From assembly GCA_013265495.1 (NCBI GenBank), contig MU057951.1, positions 345,599-396,955 of the forward strand: a DNA stretch of 51,357 nucleotides, given 5' to 3'. The translations under genes were made by a program, and so were the position numbers. Numbering within the stretch: position 1 is the first letter of the stretch; the number at the start of each line of letters is the position of its first letter. The notes under the pieces are model-generated. The model saw only the letters and a list, made by a program, of their open reading frames with translations, was not told where the DNA came from and did no database searches. Source of the stretch: Vicugna vicugna. Taxonomy: Eukaryota. This document shows, in pieces, positions 33,699-46,064 of this stretch.

Positions 33699-36596
33699 AT
33701 AGAAAAGCAGCAGGATGCTACAGAAATGAGAAACTCACAACTGGAAAGGTGATAACTCATGAATTACAAATAAAGAAAACACGAAATTATAAAAGAAGAC
33801 ATACAAATCACTGAGAGTGGGAGAGGGAGTCAGGGAAATATAGAATTTTTTTTCTTTCTTTTTTAAATTTTTTTAACAGTAGGATGGGTTTGAGATCATG
33901 TTATTATCAGTTTAATAAAAACAGTTATAGTAATAGGTTAATAGATTTATAAAAAAGGGTAACCACAAGTCAAAAATTTACAAGGGAGTCACAGAAATAA
34001 AGTCCATGATAATACAAAGGAAAATTACCAAACCGAAAAATACCATATGAGATCGCTCACATGTGGAATCTAAAAAACAAAAACAAAAGCAAACAAAAAA
34101 CAAAAACAAAGCATAAATACAGGACAGAAATAGAATCATGGCCAGAGAATACAGACTTGTGGTTACCGGGGGGTAGATGGTGGGAAGGGATTGACTGGGA
34201 TTTCAAAATTGTAGAATAGATAAACAAGATTACACTGTATAGCACAGGGAAATATACACAAATTGTTAAGATAAATCACAGAGAAAAAAATATGACAATG
34301 AGTGTGTATATGTCCATGAATGACTGAAATATTGTGCTGAACACTGGAATTTGACACAACATTGTAAAATGATTATAAATCAATAAAAAATATTTTTAAA
34401 AAAAGTTGGGAGGAAGGCTGCTGTAGGGAGTGAGAAGTGGCAACTGCCAGGGACACTGAAAAGAGTCAAGAACTGATTAAAGCCGATAAACTGAGTACAA
34501 ATACCCTCAAAAAAGAAAGAATCCCACAGTCTTTTGAGCCACTTAGCGTAAGGGAAACAAAACCATGTGGAACCAAACTTCTTGAGCATGTGAGTATTGT
34601 GGCTGTTAATGTGTCATCAGAAAAGTGTTGAGAAAAGGCCTTTTGGTTTCCCTTGATGTTTCCAGTAAGGATGGACAGCAGAAGGGGAAAACCCCCGCTT
34701 TAAAGTGAAAGCTGCTGTTTTGTGTGAAACTGATCAAAGGTTGGAAAACAGTCATCAGCGGTGCTGGCAAGTGAAAAGCCTTCTGGTTTGGGTGAGGCAC
34801 CTACTGGGACTTCCTGGTGACCTGCTGGGTAGGGGCTGGGAGATGGGCAGTAGGTCTGCCAGGTGACCCGGGCATAACCCCGGGGTCTGAAGCTGCTGGT
34901 CTGACTAGCAGACCAGGGCACAAGCAGTTTTAATGGGGCAGCTCGGGATGTGGCCTGGGACACCTACGATGCTGAGGGCGAGAAGAGGGCTCCCCTGAGG
35001 GGGTGTCCATGCAGAGAGTGGAAAAATCCACCTGCAGGGACAGAAGTGCCTCTGAGCAAGGGGCTGGATGCACAGGCATGACTGGCCTGAGCACGGAGGG
35101 TTCGGGGAGCCGGAAGTCATACATTGGCCAGAGCAGCCATGTTCCTGAGAAACTGGAGGGAAAAGATGTTGAAAAGGCAGGCTGCAGACCGACCGTGTGG
35201 TGGGTCATGAGTGACAGTCAAGGACTGGTCAGTCAGGCACGAGAGAACCCTGTGGGCGTCCCAGCTGGGACATCACGCCGGTGGGAGGAGCAGAGTTATA
35301 GTCTATGACACTTATTAGCTGTGTGACTTTGAGCAAGATCACCCCACCTCTCTATATATATCTTCATCTGTAAAGTGACAGAGTGACAAGCTCGTGTCGT
35401 CAGAAGGCTTAGTTTAGCTCTGATCCTCTGTGTCCAGTCCTGTCAGTGCTGCCCTGCTAGGTTCTGCAGCGGCTGCTCTTACCCTGACATGGGAGGGCGT
35501 AGAGGGACATTGTAGCACACGAGGGCAGGAGGGGGGTGTTTTAAAAGCAGACATGTAGCCACCTGCAGCTGCAGACCGGCAGGCAGTTTGTTTGACGGTC
35601 GTGGAGAGGACTTTGGAGGCCTTAGCATCGTCTTAAGACTTGTTTTCCCTTGGGGACCGGATTTGCCTTCGCAGATTAATGTTGAAGATTTGGGCTTCTG
35701 GCAAAGCTGTTTTCAGAGATGGGTATATACGTAACATATCGTATGAAATAAAATGCTTTTATTTAAATTGTGGGACTTTGCAGCTGTTGGGAACAGCTCT
35801 GTTGGCCTGGTCTCCACGGAGGACACTAGGGGTCAGCAGAGCGTGCGGGAGGGCAAGCAGCCCACAGTGCTGCTGCGGGGGATTCTCCCCAGCACGGCGC
35901 TCTGTTGAGTTGACTCTTCTCTGAGTTTGGTTGCCAGACGAGCAGACAGCAAAGTAATGAGTTCTGGTGGGATTGCATAATGACAGGAAGAAAGAGGGAC
36001 CCGTAGTTTTCTGGACTAGGACACGTATTTTGTTCTTGATCCAGTGTGTTTCATTGCGGATTTGATGAGTTGTGTCTATTCTGGATCTGATTTGGGCTAA
36101 TCTGTATATTTGGAAAGGAACCGAGATGGAATTATTGCAGGCACTTTGTGCTCTAATAAGTCCCATGCAAACATAAACACGGATGAAACATACGTTTGAA
36201 TTTAGTGGTGTAGGGAAGGGTTTCTGCACATTACAGGGGAAGGCAAGGCAGAATTCCTCTTCTTTGTGGGTAGGGAATTGGGTCCACCTGTTTTTTCTGT
36301 AACGGTTTCTGAGAGCAGTTTATGGTAATTAACCAGCATTGACAAATGGTGGCACACATTGCATTTAAGAGCTGGCTGGCTGCAAACTTGTGTATTGGAC
36401 AGGTGGATTACACAGAGAAGTGATCTGGTAGATGGGAGAGAGAAGGAGCACAGGCATGGGCACCCCAGCTTCAGGTTTAAATCGCCATTTCCACACCATA
36501 GGAACTTGGACTAGAATGTAACCTCACTTAGCCTGTTGGTGAATCAGTAAACTGGGCATGATAATATTCACTTCTTCCTGGGTTTGTTGTAAGTTG

Positions 36597-37089
36597 TGTC
36601 GATTGAAATATATGTGCAGCCTAAAAGTTAAGAGTTAAGTTTATTTGGCAAGAGGACACGAACCGGGATGACAGCCTCTCAGATTGCTCTGAGGGACTGC
36701 TCCAAAGAGGTAGGGGAGGAGCTAGGATATATAGGAGCTTTACAAGGAAGACCATGTAGTTGGAACAATAAAAGATTGCTTGTTATCTAAGGAAAACCAG
36801 ATATCTCTAGTTTAAGAATTTAGTGCTTTTCTATTTATGGGAAGAAGCAAACATTTGGTCTCACTGAATTCATTCCTTTGACAAGCACCTAGCCATCTAG
36901 AGCCAGTATCCTGTCCTTTCTTATTCTGAGTCCCCTCAGAGGGCACCATTGTGAGGGGCTGCAGAGGCTGGGCTGCAGGCCTGTACTCGCAGGAGGGTGG
37001 CAGCAGCCGCTGATGACTTGGTTTCTGAAATCTTTGTTTACTGACATGGTTGCAGTATTTTAGTTCACATTGTAGTACTTTCATTCACA
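36597..37089 (-). repeat. 3' LTR of the outer ERV1
   Basis: tgtcgattg...ttcattcaca ends; AATAAA and TATATA on minus strand; follows a MIR fragment (about 36440-36596). Confidence 0.8.
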
Positions 37090-38709
37090 GTGCTCCCCCT
37101 TGGTCCTAAATTCGACCAATATTTTGAGAGACATTTCATGACCTATTTTGTCCCACGGTGCTAGGATGGCTCATTCCTAGTTCAGGTGAAGAATCTTCTG
37201 AACTGCCATTCAAGGTGTTAGGTGTTTTTAACTGTTGATACTAAAATTCTCTGGATCGCCTGTCTTACTAGTCTATTATGATCCAGGAAATGTTTACCCT
37301 TCATTGCTCATTCCCATATATAGAATCACACTATTACAAATTTTTTATGCAGGGTTATAAATTTTATCTATTTCTTCAAGATGTTTAGCCATCATCAATC
37401 TTGTTGTAGGCCTAGTTACACATTGGGAAATGTAAGAGAACAATTTTATAAAATAGACAGGATATAATTAATACAGGTAGTAAAATTAATAAAGTCACGA
37501 GTAAGAATTTAACAGTCGAGAAGTTGTATTTCTGAGTTAAAATTTTGTTTGTGTTTCTGATTGACTTTGAGTGATTTTATGAGAAAGTGCATATTTATGG
37601 TCAGGCTCAGAGCAGGTATTTATTGGCCAGGTGAGGTCTCCCACCTTGTAAGATCAACAGTGGCCTAAACAGAACTATAATTTCTTTTTAGAATAGAGTT
37701 TCTGAGGGCTATCTAGTTAGAGCCTTGGAGTAGGGAAACCCACCAAGGTAACACAGAAGTACTAGACATAGGTAATTTACCATAAACTTAACAATTGGAG
37801 TATTTCATAACCAAAGGTAGGAGAAATTATCAAAGTAATTTGTATACAGGTCTGGTCCGGTGTTTTGGGTCAGCTGTCTACCTCAGATGTCGTCTTCTCA
37901 TACTGACCTGGTAGCTTTTTTTCCATTTGGGCATTGTTTTAAGGTGAGCAGTGCTCTATAGGCCAGTGCACTGCAGGGGCTGTTTCTGATTGGAAATGGG
38001 TCCGAAAGTCCGTTTCCTTCAGCTTTCCTGTGTATGGTCTAGTTAATAGTACCTTATAAAGGGTCCTTCCACTCAGGTTGGAGAGAGTTCTTTAAGTCAT
38101 TCCTGTTCCAGTATGTATAATCCCCTGGCTGCAGGTCATGTGGCATTGGAACTTTACCCAAGGATAGATTACTGAGCTTCAGAAACAAACCTAGAGTATA
38201 CTTTTCATAATACCATTAAGCTCTACAGCAATGTGACATAACAACAAGGAATGATCTGGGAAGTGTCTTAGTAAATATAGACCTCAATTAACAAAACTAG
38301 AATTTAGTATCCACTAAAATATAATCTTTTTTCTCTCTAAAGTTACCCTCATTTTTCTCAAATATAGCCAAATCAAGATTAATTTGTTTACAAGTTAAGT
38401 CATTATTTGATCATTTAGACTTTTTTTTTTAAATTGGCTGTTTTGGAACTTTTAATAAGGAGTCTCAGGGTAGAATGTTAATAAGGTTTTCTAAGGCCAG
38501 GAAAGCCACGTCAAGGGCTTGTCATAGATTTCTGCCTTACAGATTTAGGTAAATTCTTTTCTCTTTAAAATCCTTAAAATACATTGAGATTCCTTTATCT
38601 GTTAGGAGATGATCTTCCTAATTTATCTGATAGAGCCACTGGGGACCTAAGAGTTTTTAGTCTCTTGAGGGATCAGATAGAGAGAAAAGGTAACTCTTCC
38701 AAGTCTGCT

Positions 38710-39119
38710 TGTTACGGAAACAACAGACCAGCCAAGAAACAAGCACCACTCAGAGGGTTGGAGTGCTCAGATTTATTACGCCGGCGGGCTCAGAGGGACT
38801 TCTGCTCCTAAGTTCTGAGCACCTCCAAGACGTGCACATGAGGTTTTATAGGGTTAATTACAAGTATGGGGCTATTAGCCAATAAGGCTCAAACAACAAA
38901 AAGCAAGGAATCAGTACACTGAAGCTTATCAATTCGGAACAGATCACGTTACTGATACTTGTTGAGCTTGGATTTACGAGTTAGCTTGTTAGCCCAATAA
39001 ACTGACACTAAACTTCAGATTTACGAGTTAGCTCGGCAGAACTTAGATCAGTAAACCGACACTTATCACACTTAGATTTGTGACTTAGCTTATTACCCCA
39101 GCTGGGCTTTTCCTTCACA
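38710..39119 (-). repeat. 3' LTR of the gamma-like provirus
   Basis: 18 substitutions by eye versus 47344-47753; TATAAAA and AATAAA on minus strand; PPT aagagggtggaa at 39120-39131. Confidence 0.97.
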
Positions 39120-40647
39120 TTCCACCCTCTTGATGCTTTCACAACCCTTGTTGGAGTAAGCATCATCATTTACCTGTTGCAGGGGCTCATAATTGGAGAC
39201 TAACATCTGAAGTTTTGTAGCCTCTATTTGCTCACTGACAAAGCGGGTCAGGAAGTTTGGGACACAGCGCGCAAACAGCAGAACTGCAAAAATCAGGAGT
39301 AAGGGACCTATGAATGGTGCCAGCCAGGAGGTCCAGCCCCAGGGGCCTGTCCATGGGCTCTTATCTAAAATATGTTTTCTCTTTTCTACTCGGTCTTGTA
39401 ACTCTTGAATCACTTCTCTGACAATTCCTGATTGATTGGCATAAAAACAACACTCTTCATTTAGGAAGAGGCCATAGTCCCCACTCATTGGCCGTGAGTA
39501 AGTCCAGACCCCTACTGATTTGTAAGACCACCTCGGCCAGAGAGTCAATCTGATTTTGCAGAGTTCCCAGGGTTCCTGCTATTCGTTGGAGATCGTGGCT
39601 GAATTCACCTGTAAGCTGATAATAGTAATAAGAGGAAGAGGCGATGCCACCGATGCCTGTGCCTACCCCTGCTGCCACTCCGAGCCCCACTAACAAGGGG
39701 ATCAATTGCATAGCTCGTTTTACTCTCCGTGGATGCTGGTGAGTTATGACAGGGATGGGCAGATTTTGATTATTAGGCATAATGTCCATTCGGGGAATGA
39801 GATAAGCCAAAGCACACAACCCTGCCCATCCAGCAGGGAGGAAACAGTAGGCAAATTTGCCACACACAAAATAAGTCCCGTTATTAGAACACCATCATTG
39901 TGTGGGTTGGCACCCTAGACCCATACAGTGAGAGGTTTTAATACATTGATTTATAGTTAGATTGCCCTCTAAAGGATTAGTTTCATTGTTGAAATAACAT
40001 TCTGGTGCCTTGTAGGCGACCTGTGCTCAGTTCAGCCTGGAACTCCTAGTGGAAGAAACGGCATCGCTATGAGTCGTGGTGAAAGTCTTAGTGAGGTTTG
40101 TCAGAGGTAAAGCCAGGTGCTGGATAGGGCCAGGATGCAAGCATAGCCAGCAATCTTTAGCCAGGTCTGGATTGGAATGATTGAGAATCCCATGGACTGC
40201 GGCTAACAGCCCATTTATTTGTGGATCCAGATCCCGTGGCTCGGCTAAAGATGGAAGTTTTATTGGCTTTCGGGTAGGTAATAACTTCTGGTGTTGCTTC
40301 TGGACTGCTTGTTGGACTGCTTGCTGGCGTGCCTGGTCCTGTAACCTTCCTCCATCATTCATCCCATAATGTGTTTGCTTGGTCCAGCACACCACCTTGC
40401 CGAGTGAGCCATAGCATTTGATGCTAGATACATAATAAGCCTTAATTGTGCCAATCCAGAAGGATTTTCCCTGATATGTGCACTCTGAAGCGGAGTCATA
40501 GCATTGACTCGGCTGATAAGTATAAGCTGGAAATACAGGCCGGTAAATGGGCCACCTGTCACCCGGTTCCGTGCAGGTGCATTGTGCAGCCAAGGGGAGT
40601 GAGGGCATTAGCGTCAGTAGCATCAGCCTTATGATTATCTTAGACAT
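39093..40647 (-). pseudogene. env: env, RD114/D-type (RDR)-like, frameshifted
   Basis: Signal peptide MSKIIIRLMLLTLMPSLPLAA; NDGGRLQDQAR; NPDLAKDCWLCL; furin RVKR then AMQLIPLLVGLG; ISD-like LAEVVLQISRGLDLLTA; FLNEECCFY; TM helix. Confidence 0.94.
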
Positions 40648-40833
40648 GATGCTGCGGTGATGCACAAATTATAACAAGGTATAAAATAGCTATCAGGATT
40701 CTATGGTCTATGTTCCAATCAGGTGGGGCAGCGCTGGCTAGCCCCACTGCTAGTACGCAGACTGGTATAGCAAACAAGGAAAGAGGCAAGGGAGCACAAA
40801 AGAAATACATTTAACAGCTGTGTTGAGCTTTCC

Positions 40834-43800
40834 TCAAGCTTCGGCCGTGCGTTGACTAGCCAGCTTCCGGGTATGGCTAGAGCAGGGCTCGTCGATCCTT
40901 TTCTGGTCCCTCTTGATCTTGATCTTGATCTTGAGAGGGTCTCCCGGGACACTCTCAATTTTCCAGGGACCCTCCGTCTGTGGTGCAGTCGCTCTCTTGA
41001 CCCTGGAGTGGTGGAACCAAGGGATGATTCCTGCAACTTTAACAGCTGTAGGAGTAGTTAATACCACTAAATATGGTCCCTTCCATGTTGGTTTGAGAGG
41101 TTACTTTTTCCAATCCTTCACCCATACCTGGTCACCTAGTTTATGGGGATGCACTTGGACCCCTAATGAAATGGGTGTTTTCTCTATCACCCAACCCCAA
41201 ACTTCCCGTAGTACTTTTCCTAGTCCCAACAGTTGTTGGTGGAGCCCTAAATTTCCTATTTCTGGGGTGGGATTTCTCATCCTGACTAAAGGTGGCGGTC
41301 ACCCATAGAGGATTTCAAAGGGTGAGTGCCCAATATTAAATCTTGGGGTGCATCTAATTCGCAACAGAGCCAGGGGTAGAATGTCCACCCAGGGGAGCTG
41401 GGTTTCTTGGCTGATTTTAGCTATCATTTGTTTTAGAGTTCTGTTCATTCATTCTACCTTCCGTGAGCTTTGAGGCCGATATGCTGTGTTCAGGTTCCAG
41501 CAGATGCTCAGTGCCTTTGCCACTTTCTGTACAATTTCTGTCACAAAGGCAGGTCCATTGTCAGACCCGATGGAAGTAGGCATTCCAAATCGAGGGATAA
41601 CATCCCTGAGGAGAGCCTTTGTCACTTCCTTTGCTTTCTCTGTCCTGGTGGGGTAGGCCTCTACCCACCCTGTGAAGGTGCAGACGAAAACCAGCAGCTA
41701 CTTATATCCCTTACTGGGCCCAAGTTCAGTAAAGTCCACTTCTAAATCTTCAAAGGGAGCCAATCCGCATCGTTGTATTCCCATTGCCCCAGTTAGCCCT
41801 TGTTTTGAATTGTTTTGTGCACAGAGCAAGCAGCGTTGGGAAACTGATGCACGCAGAGTAGGGAGACGAGAAATTAGGAAATATCGCTTTAAGAGGGCCT
41901 CCAAAGCCGTTTTTTCCATATGTGTGGCTTCGTGATGTTGTTGGACTAGACGATAAGTTAGTCGTTCTGGGATGAAAACCCTTCTATCCGTCATGATCCA
42001 CCATCTGTCCTTTCCTTTCTCTCCTCGTTCAGCCTGTGCCCACTTGTTTTCATCGTGGCTATATTCTGGGGAAGTGGGTAGCTCTAGCGCTGCCATAACT
42101 TTAATTACTGAGTGTTCCCAGGCGGCTGCTTCTCTTGCCTTTTGATCAGCTAGCCTGTTCCAATGGCTCACAGGGTCATTTCCTCTTCGGTGTCCCTTAC
42201 AGTGAATAACGGCCACTTCCTTTGGATCCCATATTGCCTCCAGTAACTGTAAAATTTCTTCTTTGTTTTTGATTTCTTTTCCCCCAGCAGTCAAAAGTCC
42301 TCTCTCCTTATAGATGGCTCCATGTGCATGCAAGGTTGCAAATCCAAATCAGTATATATATTGACTTGATTTCCTTTCCCTACCCTTAGTGCCTGGACCA
42401 GTGCCCAGATCTCTGCTCTCTGAGCAGACCATCCTGGGGGAAGGGATTCTGCCTTTATTACCTCTCGGGTTGTTGTTACAGCGTAACCTGCTCGCCGTTG
42501 TCCATCTTGCATGTAACTGCTGCCTTCTGTGAAAAGTTCCAGGTCTGGGTTTTGCAGGGGCTTGTCGGTTAGATCAGGCCTGCTTGCATACAACACTTTG
42601 ATGATTTCTTCACAGTCGTGCTCAGGCTGCCCTTTCCCCTCAGGCAAATATATGGCTGGGTTTAAGGTTCGCACAGTCTCTAGACGGACTCTTGGATTTT
42701 CACATAGAAGCCCCTGGTAGTGGGTCATCCTTGTGTTAGTTATCCATTTGTAACCTGGGCCATTCATCAGGGCCACCACAGAATGGGGCACTTTTAAATT
42801 TAAAGTCTGTCCCAGTGTGAGTTTGCCTGCCTCATTGACCAGGAGGGCTGTGGCAGCGAGGGCCCATAAACAGGGTGGCCATTCTGATGCTACAGGGTCC
42901 AGTCTTTTAGATAAATAGGCCACAGGTCGCTGCCATGGCCCCACGTTCTGAGTTAGGACTCCAAGGGCAGTTTGGTCTCTTTCATGTACAAACAAATTAA
43001 ACTCTCGTGTTACATCTGGTAAGCCTAGTGCTGGGGCTTGGGTTAGTAGTTCCTTTAATTGCCTAAAGGCATTTTCTTGTTTAGTTTCCCATTTGAGGGT
43101 TTCTTTTCCTGATCCAGCAGTTGCTTCGTAGAGGGGCTTGGCTATTCTTGAAAATCCGGGGATCCAGATCCGGCAAAACCCAGCTGCGCCCAGGAACTCT
43201 CTCAGTTTCCTTTTTGTTTCCGGTCTGGGTATGGCACAAATAACTTGTTTTCGTTCTGGTCCTAGGGCTCGGTGTCCCTCTGAGATAATAAATCCCAAGT
43301 ATTTGACTGTCTTTTTGCAGATCTGGGCCTTTTTCCATGAGACCTTGTACCCAGTTGTTTGGAGTAACCCTAGGAGGGCTCGAGTTCCTTTCCAACAGTC
43401 CTCTTCACTGGGGCTGGCTAACAGCAAGTCATCCACATACTGGAGCAGAGTACAGTTCAATGTTTCCCCAGGGAATTTTACAAGGTCTGCGGCTAGTGCC
43501 TCTCCGAACAAGGTGGGCGAGTTTTTAAAGCCTTGGGGGAGACGTGTCCATGTCAGTTGAGTTTTTTCTCCTGTATGAGGATCCTCCCATTCAAATGCGA
43601 ATATGGGCTGGCTCACAGGTGAGAGTCGAAGACAGAAGAAAGCATCTTTAAGGTCTAGGCATGTAAACCATTTGGCATCTGCCGGAATGAGTCCTAGAAG
43701 AGTGTATGGATTTGGCACTGCTGGATGTATTGCAGTGACTACTTCATTTACTTTTTGTAAGTCCTTCACTGGCTTATAATCTGTTTCTTCTGATTTCTTC

Positions 43801-44467
43801 ACCGGGAGCAATTGTGTGTTCCAAGGAGATCTGCACTCAGTTAGGATTCCCTCTTGTCTGAGGCGCTGTATATGCTTCTGGATTCCTAGGTGGGCCTCTC
43901 GAGGCATGGGATATTGCTTCTGTCTGACTGGGCTGGCTCCAGGTTTGAGGTCAATCACCAGTGGTGCCTGATTATGTGCCAAGCCTGGTGGTCCATTTTC
44001 AGCCCAGACTAATGGAAACTCTTCCAGGAGTTTGCAAGGATTTTCCTGGAGTTCTCTGCTCTCATACAGACGCCACTCTTCTTCTCGGGGAACTGAGATG
44101 GCTAGAATCATAGACTCTCCCTGTAGGGTCAGATGTGCCTGTTTCCCGGGGACAAAGGTAATTTGTGCCCCCAATTTAGACAGAAGGTCTCTTCTGAGCA
44201 ATGGTATTCGGCATTCAGGCAAATATAAAAATTCATGTGTCACTAGATGGCCCCCTACTTAACAGGATCTTGGTTGGCAGAAATGGCGGGCAGTTGAGTC
44301 CCCAGTAGCCCCTATAATAGTCGCCTTTTTCTTGGTCGGGGGGCTACAGGTTGGGTCGCCACAGAATACTCTGCTCCTGTGTCTACCATAAAAGCCATTG
44401 GTTGGCCCCCTATAAACATCTTGACCTTGGGCTCCCGGGGGCCCAGGGGCAGGGAGCCCGGTCTCTC
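40834..44467 (-). pseudogene. pol: Gamma-like pro-pol, disrupted
   Basis: VDTGAEYSV protease; 650-aa RT/RNase H ORF with LPQGFKNSP and YVDD; integrase HEATH/CLLC and EVDFTEL; C-terminus VLTTPTAVKVAGIIPW...RTAEA. Confidence 0.96.
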
Positions 44468-46064
44468 CTATTCTGAGTTAACCCCAGCCAGTCCGATGTG
44501 ATTACTGGCTGGTGGCTCCAGCTGATAAGTAGGCCTTTTGGGGGGTGCTCTCTTTCCATCCTTTCTGTTTGGGCACTCGTTCTTCCAGCGTCCTGTCTCC
44601 CGGCAGTATGTGCACCGGTCTCGGCCCAGGGGCATCCATGGTTGGGGTCCCCTCTTCCGAGATGGTGCAGGATTCTGGCTGAAGCTTGTTTTCCCAGGGC
44701 TGCTGCAAGGAGTGCGGCTTTCTGCTTCATTCGCTTGTCTGCTTCTCATTGGGCTTCCCGCTGTCGGTTTACAAAAACTTTGTTTGCTACTTCCAGCAGC
44801 TGTGTAGCGTTCATCCCTACGATTCCATCCAGTTTTTGGAGTTTCCGGCATATATCTGGGTATGATTGAGCTACGAAGGCAGCGTTGACCATCCGTTGGT
44901 TTTCTTGGGCCTCAGGATCAAAAGGAGTTTAGACTCGGAATGCTTCACATAGTCTCTCATAGAAGTCAGTGGGGGTTTCGTCTGGCCTCTGGCTCACCGT
45001 GGTCGTTTTACTCACCGTGGTTAGACATGTTAGTTGGCTTCTTGGCTCCTGCTTTTAGCCCTTGTAGGATGGCCTCCCGGTACTCACGCAGCGCTTCTCT
45101 TCCTTTTTGGGTTCTAAATTCCCAATCTGGTCTGGTGTCAGGGGCACGTGTCATGGCCCACACCTCAACATCCATTGTGTCCCCAGGGGCTCGGCCCTGC
45201 AGCCATTTTCGTGTTTCAGTGAGACTGCTTCTCCCCTCCGTATTGAAAAGAGTCAGAAGCAGCTGGCGGACATCTTCCCAGGTGGGCCGGTGAGAATGGA
45301 AGATAGACTCTATGAGGTCACTCATAGCCTGCAGCTTTTCAGAGTAGGAAGGAGTATCATGGGGCCAATTGAGAAGGTCTGTGGTGCTAAAAGGTTGGTA
45401 GTAGAGTACGGGGTGCCCGGGCTGAAGAGTCCCGTTTTCTCCAAATTGTTGTGGCCCTTGTATCTCCTGCAGCGGCATTTGGAGTGCCGGTGGTACAGGC
45501 TTCACGGCTTGTGCTGAGCGGAGTCTCCTTCCTACCCGCTCAGGCTGGGGGCTGGGCTCTGCCTCTGGGTCCTCAGGTTGGGGAGGTGGTGACACAGAGG
45601 ATGGTGGTGTCTGCAATGTGACTGGAGGTGTCTGTGCCTTGGGGGCATATGGAGGGGGCAGGCATATCTCGTCTTCTGGGTCTCCCTGGAAAATAGGCTT
45701 TTTTTCTGTCTGTCTTTTTGGCCTGGACCGGCTGAGCTGCTAATATCTTGCATTGTCCAGGTCCATTTGAGCAGAACCGAATCCATGGGGGTAGAGTCTG
45801 GGCGTTATTCAGCCAGGAGTCAATGTAAGGGATTTGATCTGGGTGGCCTGGGGTTCCAGTGATTATTTGATAGACTGCTCACACTGTTGCTAGGTCCAGA
45901 GTTTCTCCTGAGGGCCATCCGACTCCAAAGGCAGGCCATTTAAGCTCACACAAAGTGCGGAGCCTGCCGGAGGTCATTCGAATTCCATAGTCTCCTGAGA
46001 ACCCCTGTTTGAAATTCGTAATCATGCAGTCTAGAGTGGTGGGTTTTGACTTAGAGCCTCCCAT
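44468..46064 (-). pseudogene. gag: Gamma-like gag (HERV-E/ERV3-like), disrupted
   Basis: MGGSKSKPTTLDCMITNFKQGFSGDYG matrix; YQPFSTTDLLNW and HRPTWED capsid; degenerate knuckle CTYCRETGRWKNEC; TAG before pro. Confidence 0.94.

Larger units (their letters stand above)
31070..34402 (+). mobile_element. L1 with complete 5'UTR, ORF1 and 3'UTR but lacking ORF2 (3.3 kb)
   Basis: CpG-rich 5'UTR starting with YY1-type AAGATGGCGG; ORF1; 3'UTR with AATAAA and A-tail; TSD aagttaggagg (31059-31069) / aagttgggagg (34403-34413). Confidence 0.93.

Noticed and set aside
35759..36229. 156-aa minus-strand ORF in unique sequence
   Set aside because: Non-ATG start and no recognisable domain; the region may be conserved non-coding but this cannot be shown here.
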